A DNA stretch of 26,820 bases from Coleofasciculus chthonoplastes F2-STO-03. GTDB lineage: Bacteria > Cyanobacteriota > Cyanobacteriia > Cyanobacteriales > Coleofasciculaceae. The position numbers and the translations under genes were made by a program. Shown in pieces: positions 1 through 8,807 of this stretch. Below the pieces are notes generated by a model, which ran no database searches, was not told the DNA's origin, and saw nothing but the letters and a program-made list of their open reading frames with translations. Every line of letters starts with the position of its first letter. The first letter of the stretch is position 1. The DNA is taken from positions 1-26,820 of the forward strand of contig JAVJWO010000044.1 in assembly GCA_040222015.1 (NCBI GenBank), given 5' to 3'.

Positions 1-136
1 GTCATTTGTCATTTGTCATTTGTCATTTGTCATTTGTCATTTGTCATTTGTCATTTGTCATTTGTCATTTGTCATTTGTCATTTGTCATTTGTCATTTGT
101 CATTTGTCATTTGTCATTTGTCATTTGTCATTTGTC
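1..136. repeat. Heptamer tandem repeat (GTCATTT)x19+, cyanobacterial STRR type, cut by the window edge
   Basis: 19 perfect GTCATTT units (1-133) plus GTC, read directly. Confidence 0.97.
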
Positions 137-167
137 GTCAAAACAGATTACGTTCATCTAAGTAACT

Positions 168-1289
168 ATGGAATCCGTTTTAAACTTCATTAACAATATC
201 AACATTGACATCTCTGGCATTCCTGTTGTCAAAATTGTGATTGTCATTCTCGTACTGACACTGATACAGGTATTTAGACGGCTGTTTATTTCAGTCGTCA
301 TTAAAACCATAGAGCGTTTTACTAGAAAAACCGAAACTACCCTTGATGATGAGTTAATTGCGTTTCTGAAACCAGCATTAAGCTGGATAATTTCCCTTGC
401 GGGGTTATGGATATCACAACTCATTTTGGCGGATGAATTAGGACCTAAACTGACTGAAACAATAGAGAAGACGCTCAACTTCCTCTTGGTTTTTGTCATT
501 GCCTACTTGGTTTACCGAGGCGCTTATCTTTTTGGCAATTTAATTGCTGCTGTAATGTTCCATTCGGAAAGCGATGTTGATGAGGTTCTTAAACCCTTAA
601 TCCCCAAGATTTTCCAAGCCATCGCCATTATTCTACTCGCCATTAAAGTCAGTGAGATGCTGTTAGGGCAATCGGCGGCTGCAATAGCTGGTTTATTAGG
701 CGGAGCCGGAATCACTTTAGGTTTACTGTTCAAAGACATTCTTTACGACTGGTTCTGCACCTTTATTATCTACTCCGATAACCTCTATCGAGAAGGGGAT
801 TGGGTAGGAATACAAGGAGTGAATGGTTTTGTCCAAATCATGCAGATTGGATTTAGAACCACCACCCTGCATATAACAAAATGGGGTTCTATTGTGAAAA
901 TGCCTAATGCGAAAATGATTACCGGTATTGTGGAGAATTGGTCACAAAATCCGGGTGATGAGTTGAAGTGGGGGATTAACTTAACCCTAAAAATTGACGG
1001 GATTTCCGCTAAGCAAACTGAGAGAATTTGCCAGAGCATTCGAGATATAATACCATCCATTCCAGGATGTATTGAATCCTGTGTTGTTCGGTTTAGCCGC
1101 ATTGAGCAGAATGCCCGGGTTATTGAAATTATGGCTTTTGTCAATGATGATAATCTCTACTTTGATGCAGAAACAGGATTAAACCTAGCTATATTAGATT
1201 TATTGGAGAAAGAAGGTATTGACTTCCTGTACATTCACCTAAAAACACAACCCGAAAAGTTAAAAAGTTTCCAAGCCGCTAACAATTGA
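168..1289 (+). CDS. MscS-family mechanosensitive ion channel protein
   Basis: 373 aa with several N-terminal TM helices, a Gly-rich pore-like helix (AIAGLLGGAGITLGLLFKD) and the MscS beta-domain signature (YREGDWV...G.V.QIGFRTT...V.MPN...VENWS). Confidence 0.9.
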   Translation: MESVLNFINNINIDISGIPVVKIVIVILVLTLIQVFRRLFISVVIKTIERFTRKTETTLDDELIAFLKPALSWIISLAGLWISQLILADELGPKLTETIEKTLNFLLVFVIAYLVYRGAYLFGNLIAAVMFHSESDVDEVLKPLIPKIFQAIAIILLAIKVSEMLLGQSAAAIAGLLGGAGITLGLLFKDILYDWFCTFIIYSDNLYREGDWVGIQGVNGFVQIMQIGFRTTTLHITKWGSIVKMPNAKMITGIVENWSQNPGDELKWGINLTLKIDGISAKQTERICQSIRDIIPSIPGCIESCVVRFSRIEQNARVIEIMAFVNDDNLYFDAETGLNLAILDLLEKEGIDFLYIHLKTQPEKLKSFQAANN

Positions 1290-1415
1290 AAATCCAACGC
1301 CTTATTGATTCATGAAACCCAATCCTATCCAGCCAAAACCAGGTCAGGAATCCGTTGGGGATTATCCGCGTCCGGCTCGTTTAGTCAATTTATTGGTTTG
1401 ATGATCAACAGTTAC

Positions 1416-1550
1416 AGAATTAGCGATGGTGCAGGTTCCCTCGTGATTCATCTGAGGGATGAAACCGAGCGATGCGTTTAGTTTAGCAACTAAAGTTGCT
1501 TTTCTTTCTAATCTTAGGTATAATAATAGTTTTAACCGGGAGAGTGTCAA
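1416..1550 (+). mobile_element. Miniature non-autonomous IS200/IS605-family element (PATE-like internal deletion derivative)
   Basis: Follows TTAC (1412-1415). 1412-1499 aligns with the reverse complement of 3028-3135, the left end of the tnpB element. It ends in an IS605 right-end-like tail TTTAACCGGGAGAGTGTCAA. Confidence 0.75.
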
Positions 1551-1573
1551 TTATAGGACGTCTCTAAACCAGC

Positions 1574-1636
1574 GTCGGGGCGGGTTTAGTTAACCTTGGC
1601 TGCAACCGAAAAGATAGTAGTCAAACCCGCCCCGAC
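1574..1636. repeat. REP-like palindromic element with perfect 14-bp arms
   Basis: GTCGGGGCGGGTTT (1574-1587) / AAACCCGCCCCGAC (1623-1636). A sister copy lies at 21837-21900 and a half copy near 15479-15491. Confidence 0.85.
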
Positions 1637-1733
1637 ACTATGAATAACTGCTTTAACATCACCCTTTATTTTCGGAAGGGTCAGTTATTCTTGACTTTGA
1701 TATTCTTTGGTGTGGGGCTTCTTGGCAATTGAA

Positions 1734-2048
1734 CTAAATGTCTTCCGACTTATCAACGCTATTGCTAGGGGAAGCATTATATAAAGCATCAAGCTGGGTG
1801 CGAGCGTCTTCAACCGTCATTGATTTCATTACCAGCAGCGGTTCACTTGTCGGATTCCCGGTATCATCCAACAGTTCTGGATGGGGGACACGAGTGTTGC
1901 TAGAACTAGACGCGGCAAATGAAGCCTTTCCCGCAGGCGCGTAATGCCGTTGAGCATCTATACTCAAGTTCAGCAAACTGCGAATCAAATTCCTGATCGC
2001 GAGAAATGCAATAACGGTAAAGGCAATTATGTAGAGTAGGTGTAACAT
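1734..2048 (-). CDS. DUF2973-family small membrane protein
   Basis: N-terminal TM MLHLLYIIAFTVIAFLAIRNLIRSL plus HPELLD...EPLLVM...DAR.QLDALY motifs. The usual cyanobacterial neighbours DUF2605 and thrS are nearby. Confidence 0.8.
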   Translation of the reverse strand: MLHLLYIIAFTVIAFLAIRNLIRSLLNLSIDAQRHYAPAGKASFAASSSSNTRVPHPELLDDTGNPTSEPLLVMKSMTVEDARTQLDALYNASPSNSVDKSEDI

Positions 2049-2088
2049 AGCATCATTCTCCAGACTAAACCGCTGATCTGTTAATCGA

Positions 2089-2976
2089 TTATCTTATAGC
2101 TAGGTGATGATTTTTGACCATATTTCGCACTTGCAAGTCTACATAAGCTACCAAGTCGTTAGACCGGACTACGCACAATGCCGTCTTTACTGCAAAGTCT
2201 TTACGCTGCCTACTGACTTTAGCATGTTTCTTAGCTAACTTTTGTTTAGCCTTTTTGTAGTTGTTAGATTGTGGTTGCCCCTTTTTAAACTTCCTAGATA
2301 CTCTATGCTGAAGTCGTTTCAGTTGTTTCTCTGATTTTCTTAGAAATCTAGGATTTTCAACTGTCTCACCATTTGAATCAGTATAAAAATGGTTCAATCC
2401 AACATCTAACCCTACAGTAGTACCCGTTGGCTCCCTATCCTCAGTTCTGTCATGGTCAATACAGAACTGAGCATAATAACCATCGGCTCGACGAACCACC
2501 CGAACTCGCTTAATTTGATTGAGTTGGTAGTAGTTTAAGTCACGAGTTCCATAAAGCTTAAACATCCCTGCTTTGAACCCGTCAGTGAATGTAATAGCAT
2601 CACGATTCTCTGATAGCTTCCATCCGGATGTTTTGTACTCTACAGAACCATGATTAGGACGATTTTTCTTGTACTTAGGATAGCCTTTTTTTCCTTTGAT
2701 TTGTTTTTTACAGTTATCAAAGAATCGTGAAATAGCCGCCCAAGTAAGTTCCGACATGGCTTGTCGAGCTTGAGCGTTTAGCTTTCCCGCCCAAGGAAAC
2801 TCTTTGCTTTTACCAAGAACCGTGCAATATTTAGAAAAATCATTGCGGGTTTTGGCATGACCGTCTTCCCAATATTTAAGGCAAGCGTTGCGTATAAACA
2901 GACCAGTACAGATGGCTTCATCAAGCCTTCTATACTGATAGTTTTTACCTTTCAACTTACCCTCGTAAACAATCAT
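2089..2976 (-). pseudogene. tnpB: IS200/IS605-family TnpB, C-terminally truncated, with RuvC-II Glu changed to Val
   Basis: TnpB motifs G.PKYKK, VEYKTSGWKL, RRADGYYAQF, GLDVGLNHF, ENPRFLRKSEK.LKRLQ. The AYEDL motif reads AYVDL. The ORF stops at HHLAIR*, so the Zn finger and RuvC-III are absent. Confidence 0.88.
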
Positions 2977-3131
2977 TTTACAGCGTTGAGTTTATGGTAG
3001 AATAATAGCATATCCCAGGTAACACTCGCAACTAAAGTTGCTTTCCCTAAACGTCTCGCTCGGTTTCATCCCCCGGTTAAAAACGCGAGGGACGGTTAAA
3101 AACGCGAGGGAGTCTGCACCATCGCTATTCT
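2977..3131 (-). mobile_element. Left end of the IS200/IS605 (tnpB-only) element
   Basis: On the minus strand it starts after TTAC (3135-3132), has a subterminal hairpin region with a 19-bp tandem duplication (3074-3111) and the palindrome GCAACTAAAGTTGC (3028-3041). It is homologous to 1412-1499. Confidence 0.75.
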
Positions 3132-3170
3132 GTAATCCGTTTAGCTTATCAAACCTGGGCAGAAATTTGA

Positions 3171-3536
3171 TCACTCTCTCGGCTCAATATTGACATTTAC
3201 AGAAACCTCCGACTCGGATTCTCCCGATTTCAATGAGCGCCAGCGCATCCCGACTTGCCAACACTCGTTGACTAACCGATGCCATGGCACTAATGTAGCG
3301 GGTTCAATCCCCACTTGACCATCGGTGGCTTGAAATAGCGTCACGGCTGCATTCACTTCCAGTTGGGCGGTTTTGACTCGATCCAGTAAATCCCTCTGCT
3401 GCTGCCGACTTAAAAAGCTGATCTCCTCGGCTTCGAGTAACGAACGCGATCGCGAAAACCAATATCGAAAATCCTCTAAGAGGGGTTGCAGTATCGACTT
3501 GAGCAGGTCTTGCTCGTGGGGCTGAGACTGAGTCAT
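3171..3536 (-). CDS. DUF2605-family protein
   Basis: LL..ILQPLLEDF.YWF.RSR.LL...AT.GQVG...L.PWH.LV.ECW motifs; divergent from thrS. Confidence 0.82.
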   Translation of the reverse strand: MTQSQPHEQDLLKSILQPLLEDFRYWFSRSRSLLEAEEISFLSRQQQRDLLDRVKTAQLEVNAAVTLFQATDGQVGIEPATLVPWHRLVNECWQVGMRWRSLKSGESESEVSVNVNIEPRE

Positions 3537-3698
3537 GAATCTTAAGCGCTAATTCATCTGTAAATTTATATTAACGCTAGTTACAATTCTTTACAATACG
3601 CAATCAACTCGGCAACCTGCATTGAATCAAGAAGGTGAGTATCATGGAATGGAGAAAAGGAACCAGGGAAACCGTTAACTGCTTTCAACCTCAACTCA

Positions 3699-5528
3699 AT
3701 GGCACAGTCACCCATGTCCAACGTAGAAGCCCCCCAAAAACCCGAAAAAATCCATTTGCCTCGGACGAGTGAATCCGAGAGTCTGAAAAAAATCCGTCAT
3801 ACCGCCTCTCACGTCATGGCGATGGCGGTACAGAAGCTGTTTCCGGGGACACAGGTAACGATTGGTCCGTGGATTGAGAATGGCTTTTACTACGACTTCG
3901 CCAAACCCGAACCCTTTACCGAGCAAGACTTAAAAGCCATCAAAAAAGAGATGGTGAAAATCCTCAAGCGTAAACTCCCCCTAATTCGGGAAGAAGTCAG
4001 TCGTGAGGAAGCCGAACGCCGGATCAAAGAACTCGGAGAACCCTACAAACTGGAAATCCTCCAAGACTTAGAAGCCCCGATCACCATTTATCATCTCGGA
4101 GAAGATTGGTGGGACTTGTGCGCCGGACCCCATGTAGAAACCACAACAGACATTCATCCCAAAGCCATTGACTTAGAAAGTGTCGCGGGTGCTTACTGGC
4201 GCGGTGATGCAAATAAGGCACAACTTCAGCGAATTTACGGTACCGCCTGGGAGACGCCGGAACAACTAACCGAATACAAGCGGCGCAAACAAGAAGCCCT
4301 CAAGCGTGATCATCGCAAACTAGGCAAAGACCTAGGACTGTTTATTTTATCCGACCCCGTAGGACCCGGTTTGCCCTTGTGGACACCCAAAGGCACAATT
4401 CTGCGGAGTACCTTAGAAGACTTCCTCAAACAAGAACAAATTAAGCGCGGGTATCAGCCTGTTGTCACCCCGCATATTGGTCGCGTAGACTTGTTTAAAA
4501 CCTCAGGACATTGGCAGAAATATAAAGAAGACTTGTTCCCGATGATGGGTGAGTCAGAAGCCGAGGGCTTTGTCCTGAAAGCCATGAACTGTCCGTTTCA
4601 TGTGCAAATCTATAAGCATGAACTGCGTTCCTACCGAGATCTGCCCATGCGTCTGGCGGAGTTTGGCACGGTTTATCGGTATGAACAATCTGGGGAACTA
4701 GGCGGATTAACCCGAGTTCGCGGCTTTACTCAAGATGATGCCCATCTGTTTGTCACCCCCGAACAACTGGATGATGAGTTCTTGCGGGTGGTTGATTTAA
4801 CTCTATTCGTATTTAATACCCTAGGGTTACAAGATTTTAAAGCCCGTTTAAGTTTCCGTGACCCCAGCCAAGACAAATATATTGGGTCAGATGAGGCGTG
4901 GAATAAGTCAGAAAACGCCATTCGTCGGGCAGTCGAAACCCTGGGAATGGGGCATTTTGAAGGGATTGGCGAAGCCGCATTTTATGGTCCGAAGCTGGAT
5001 TTCATGTTCCATGATGCCCTCGATCGCGAGTGGCAATTGGGGACAGTACAGGTGGACTATAACCTGCCAGAGCGATTTAACTTAGAGTATGTGGCAGAAG
5101 ATGGGACACGCCAGCGCCCCGTGATGATTCACCGTGCGCCCTTTGGCTCATTGGAACGGTTAATTGGGATTTTGATTGAGGAGTATGCGGGAGACTTCCC
5201 TTTCTGGTTGGCTCCCCTGCAGGCGCGACTGTTACCCGTAAGTGATGAACAGTTATCCTTTGCTAAGGATGTGGCTCAGAAGATGCGCTTGCTAGGAGTA
5301 CGTGTAGAAGTTGATACCAGTGGCGATCGCTTACCGAAGATGATCCGCAATGGCGAGAAGGCAAAAATTCCCGTAATGGCGGTTGTCGGGGCGAAGGAGG
5401 TTGAGTCGAATAGTCTTAGTGTGCGGACTCGCATCGCTGGGAAGCAATCCCAAGACTTAGGGGCGATTCCTGTGGCGCAGGTGTTAGAACGCATGGAGAG
5501 TGCGATCGCCAACCGCCAGAATTTTTAG
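3699..5528 (+). CDS. thrS: Threonine--tRNA ligase
   Basis: RHTASHVMA, DLCAGPH, RDHRKLG, KAMNCPFH, RYEQSG.L.GL.RVRGFTQDDAH, AAFYGPKLD, MIHRAPFGSLER. Confidence 0.99.
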   Translation: MAQSPMSNVEAPQKPEKIHLPRTSESESLKKIRHTASHVMAMAVQKLFPGTQVTIGPWIENGFYYDFAKPEPFTEQDLKAIKKEMVKILKRKLPLIREEVSREEAERRIKELGEPYKLEILQDLEAPITIYHLGEDWWDLCAGPHVETTTDIHPKAIDLESVAGAYWRGDANKAQLQRIYGTAWETPEQLTEYKRRKQEALKRDHRKLGKDLGLFILSDPVGPGLPLWTPKGTILRSTLEDFLKQEQIKRGYQPVVTPHIGRVDLFKTSGHWQKYKEDLFPMMGESEAEGFVLKAMNCPFHVQIYKHELRSYRDLPMRLAEFGTVYRYEQSGELGGLTRVRGFTQDDAHLFVTPEQLDDEFLRVVDLTLFVFNTLGLQDFKARLSFRDPSQDKYIGSDEAWNKSENAIRRAVETLGMGHFEGIGEAAFYGPKLDFMFHDALDREWQLGTVQVDYNLPERFNLEYVAEDGTRQRPVMIHRAPFGSLERLIGILIEEYAGDFPFWLAPLQARLLPVSDEQLSFAKDVAQKMRLLGVRVEVDTSGDRLPKMIRNGEKAKIPVMAVVGAKEVESNSLSVRTRIAGKQSQDLGAIPVAQVLERMESAIANRQNF

Positions 5529-5682
5529 GCTGAAGGATTTCCCAAAATGCCTGTATGTCCCTCTAGCTAAGGTTTTCGTTATTTTGTCCTGGGGGGAGAA
5601 TTCCGTGTAAACTTAGGCAAGTATGGAGGGGAGCAAAGCTGCTTGACCTTTCAAAATTCAACAAGGTAAGTCAACGTCTAAA

Positions 5683-6093
5683 ATGATTCATGCTGGTGTG
5701 AGTGAATTGGAGCAAGCGTTTCAGAGTCATCTAGCTGCTGTTAGAGAGACTAACGGTACTGCCTCATACTTGCTGCTGTTCTACGCGACTGAATGTGGAC
5801 TCAAGAGAATTTGGCTAAGAAGGAAGGAGTTACAGACTACGGATCAGATCCAAGACCAAAAACTGAAAAATGGTCATAAACTAGACAGATGGATAAAAGA
5901 ACTCGGTATTCCCGCTAGTGAAGTTGAAGCAGCACCCCGTTTTAGCCTAGAACGCGATGGCTCCAATTTGGATATAGGAAAAGCGCATGAGGTATGGCGA
6001 TATGGCATTGAAGTGAAATCAGAGCATGAAGAAAATCTTGTTAACTGGCTTGAAAGCGTCTGCGATTGGATTAATAGAGAGATTCAACAATGA
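5683..6093 (+). CDS. Small HEPN-like hypothetical protein
   Basis: 136 aa, predicted helical, with YATECGLK, GHKL and WRY motifs matching the E..LK / H.L / RY pattern of HEPN domains. Its stop overlaps the next ATG (ATGA, 6090-6093). Confidence 0.65.
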   Translation: MIHAGVSELEQAFQSHLAAVRETNGTASYLLLFYATECGLKRIWLRRKELQTTDQIQDQKLKNGHKLDRWIKELGIPASEVEAAPRFSLERDGSNLDIGKAHEVWRYGIEVKSEHEENLVNWLESVCDWINREIQQ

Positions 6094-8741
6094 TTCCATC
6101 AGATATTCGCCTATACACATGGGTTGATGTAGAAGAAGTACTGCTACGAATGCGAAAGCAGAATAATTGGCATCAATCGTTAGTTTGGGCAAGAGGGTAT
6201 TGGGATGGATTAACCTTAGGCATTCGCCCAGGCTCTCAAGATAAGGTAAAAGAATGGCTCAGTCAGGTTTATGATCCTCGGTTTCGAGGTGATTCAGACC
6301 AAGACATGGGAGACGGTTCAATTGTTTTAGAGAGTATTTCTGGGAATCAACGCCTGCTACCTGTATTCTTTGAAGAAACTGAAGAAGAACCTGCCACTCC
6401 TAGACTAAAACCCAGTTTGTCTAGACCTGGAGTGCTTTGGCAACCCACCGATAGTCAATTTCCTGAAGTATTTCCTTCAGATTTTCCCCCAGTCGTCGCG
6501 TTCCATTCCTTCAAAGGGGGTGTGGGACGAACAACCCATACTTTGGCTTTGGCAAGAGTTTTAGCCACAAAACAGCAGAAAGTATTACTGGTCGATGGAG
6601 ACTTAGAAGCACCAGGAATCAGTTGGGTGTTTGAGCATCGTTTACCCAATCCACCCATTTCCTTTGCGGATCTGATTGCTCTAGCTCATGGTGATCCATC
6701 GACCAAGGCGGAGAATGCGGTTCAATTAGTAGCCGATCGACTTCAGAGTGCGCTAATTGATGGAATTTATATCTTACCTTCATTTCGTTCTCACACAGGA
6801 TTTACGTCCTTGGCAATCCGACCGGAGCATCTGATTGAGGGGTCTAAAAATCCTTTTTTACTGACCCAAATTTTAGCCAGTTTGGGTAAAGCGATTGGAG
6901 TAGATGTTGTATTGATAGACCTGCGAGCTGGATTATCGGAACTTGCCACCGGTTTAATTTTAGATCCACGAGTCTACCGCGTATTTGTCACTACCTTAAG
7001 TGGACAGTCTATTTCCGGAACAGTTCAGCTAATTAAGCTTGTGGCAGAGCGAGCTATGTCCCAACGGGAAGAAGATCCATTACCAGCATTAATTTTTACC
7101 CAGGTTCCTGAAGATGAACGGCTTAAAAATTTAGTGTTGGAACCGGAAAAGATACTGCTTGAGGCGGCTCAACCGTTTCTAGCAGAAGACCGTGAACTTC
7201 TACAAGTCACCACAGGCTTTGCTGATAGTTTGCTAGTTTTACCTCCCAATTGGGAGGATGTGATGATGCTGCTCCAGAGATCAGGAATTTTGGAAGCTGT
7301 ACATCCTTTGGTGGAATGGTTACCCCATCACCATAGTGAACCGATTGAGGAAAGTCCTTCAGATTTAAAATCTAAAAGAGAAAAGTTAAGCAATACAGCA
7401 GAAAAATTGGTGTATGCAGAGAATGCAGAAGCTGAAGATTTCCTGGCGACTACTCCTTTACGTCGTTTAGCTTCAGATCACAGACGACAGGTGCCAATTA
7501 CGGTTGTTGTCGGTGCTAAAGGGTCAGGAAAAACTTACACGTTCTTACAAATGATTCGCCGAAAAAATTGGCACGTTTTTGCCCAAGATGCTTGTGCCAG
7601 TGACGTTGAGATGAATGCTGTGATTTGTCCAATTTTGGCGTCAGAAAATCTGGAAGATTCTGCCAAGAGACTGGTCAAGCAAGTTCAAGAATCAGCATCA
7701 CTGGAATTAGGGTTTAACAATCCCCAAGATTCTCTAACGATGCGTGATCATATCAGAGATGGTTATCAGCTAGCACTTCATGAAGGTCAGTGGCGAGAAC
7801 GCTGGTTAGATGTAATCGCTTGGGGGGTTGGGTTTCAACCTCAACAAGACGGTGCTGGTCGAGCTTTAGCCACTCATTTAGTGGAGAGTCACCAACGACT
7901 TGTGGTAGTTATAGATGGTCTTGAAGACCTTTTCCAAAACTTTACCAGTAACGAAGCACAACAGACTGCTCTACGCGCTTTACTACAAGAAGTTCCCGAA
8001 TGGTTGGGACAACAACCGAATCGTCCTCTAGGAATTCTCATTTTTGTTCGACGTGATATTGTACTGGCTGCTGTGCGCCAAAATGCTGCCCAAATGATGG
8101 CTCGATATGAACCTTATGCTCTGAAGTGGAATCGGGAAGAAGCGCTGCGATTGGTTGCTTGGGTTACTCAACAAGCTGATATTCAGCTAAAGATTGAGCA
8201 ACTTCACACGATGAGCGAAGAGGAACTCACCCAGGCTTTAGTCCCTTTATGGGGGAAAAAACTAGGTAAAGAGCGCTCGCGAGAAGCACGTTCAGCTCGC
8301 TATGTCATTGCTGCACTTTCGGACTTCAACGGACAAATTCAGTCACGGGACTTAGTCCGTCTTTTACATTTAGCCGCCACGGATTCTGTGAATGATGATT
8401 ATTGGCAAGATCGTATCCTTGTCCCTACGGCGATTAAAAGGGCATTGCCTGGATGTAGTAGCCAGAAAATTGATGAGATTGAAAAAGAAAATACGGCGTT
8501 AAAGGATATATTCAATAAATTACGACAATTAGAAAATGACAAGAAGAAAAATCCTTTCACTCAGATTGACACTGGCTTATCTCCTACAGAAATTAAAACA
8601 CTAGAAGATAATGGTGTGATCATCCGGGATGCAGATGAGTACTATATGTCAGAAATTTTCCGTTGGGGATTGGATTTTTCACAGTTAGCTGGGCGTTCCA
8701 AAGTGTTAGCTTTAGAACGCCGTGCTAGGCAAGGATATTGA
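6090..8741 (+). CDS. ParA/MinD-type (KGGVGR variant) ATPase fused to a second P-loop (STAND-like) NTPase domain
   Basis: FHSFKGGVGRTT (about 6513-6536), LLVDGDLEAPG and VLIDLRAG form the ParA/MinD module. A second Walker A GAKGSGKT (7512-7535) and Walker B VVVIDGLED (about 7902-7928) follow. Confidence 0.85.
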   Translation: MIPSDIRLYTWVDVEEVLLRMRKQNNWHQSLVWARGYWDGLTLGIRPGSQDKVKEWLSQVYDPRFRGDSDQDMGDGSIVLESISGNQRLLPVFFEETEEEPATPRLKPSLSRPGVLWQPTDSQFPEVFPSDFPPVVAFHSFKGGVGRTTHTLALARVLATKQQKVLLVDGDLEAPGISWVFEHRLPNPPISFADLIALAHGDPSTKAENAVQLVADRLQSALIDGIYILPSFRSHTGFTSLAIRPEHLIEGSKNPFLLTQILASLGKAIGVDVVLIDLRAGLSELATGLILDPRVYRVFVTTLSGQSISGTVQLIKLVAERAMSQREEDPLPALIFTQVPEDERLKNLVLEPEKILLEAAQPFLAEDRELLQVTTGFADSLLVLPPNWEDVMMLLQRSGILEAVHPLVEWLPHHHSEPIEESPSDLKSKREKLSNTAEKLVYAENAEAEDFLATTPLRRLASDHRRQVPITVVVGAKGSGKTYTFLQMIRRKNWHVFAQDACASDVEMNAVICPILASENLEDSAKRLVKQVQESASLELGFNNPQDSLTMRDHIRDGYQLALHEGQWRERWLDVIAWGVGFQPQQDGAGRALATHLVESHQRLVVVIDGLEDLFQNFTSNEAQQTALRALLQEVPEWLGQQPNRPLGILIFVRRDIVLAAVRQNAAQMMARYEPYALKWNREEALRLVAWVTQQADIQLKIEQLHTMSEEELTQALVPLWGKKLGKERSREARSARYVIAALSDFNGQIQSRDLVRLLHLAATDSVNDDYWQDRILVPTAIKRALPGCSSQKIDEIEKENTALKDIFNKLRQLENDKKKNPFTQIDTGLSPTEIKTLEDNGVIIRDADEYYMSEIFRWGLDFSQLAGRSKVLALERRARQGY

Positions 8742-8807
8742 AGCTCAACCCAATAGGAATATATGGAGCTTTAAGTCAGTGTAGTACATCTGGACTAAAA
8801 AAAGAAT

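Noticed and set aside
1..136. Repeat tracts (also 21719-21812) as CRISPR arrays
   Set aside because: They are spacer-less 7-bp tandem repeats. No repeat-spacer structure or cas gene is seen in the window.
158..1144. Antisense or alternate-frame ORFs inside MscS, and likewise inside thrS, uvrB, the permeases and other long genes
   Set aside because: They are shadow ORFs fully overlapping well-supported genes and have no recognisable motifs.
1362..1550. 62-aa ORF, and the 60-aa ORF at 2992-3174
   Set aside because: Both are incidental frames across IS605 end sequences.
2089..2976. Active Cas12f/TnpB nuclease
   Set aside because: The RuvC-II Glu is lost, the C-terminus and right end are absent, and there is no CRISPR array.
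5683..8741. Apparent absence of HIP1 as proof of horizontal acquisition
   Set aside because: At about 11 sites in 26.8 kb only about one is expected in 3 kb, so the absence is uninformative.
6090..8741. Chromosome-partitioning ParA or cell-division MinD
   Set aside because: It is an 883-aa multidomain fusion with a variant Walker A, and there is no parB or minC/minE nearby.
8783..8796. LexA-box-like AGTACATCTGGACT
   Set aside because: It has one mismatch to the cyanobacterial consensus and lies between convergent gene ends, where no promoter is expected.
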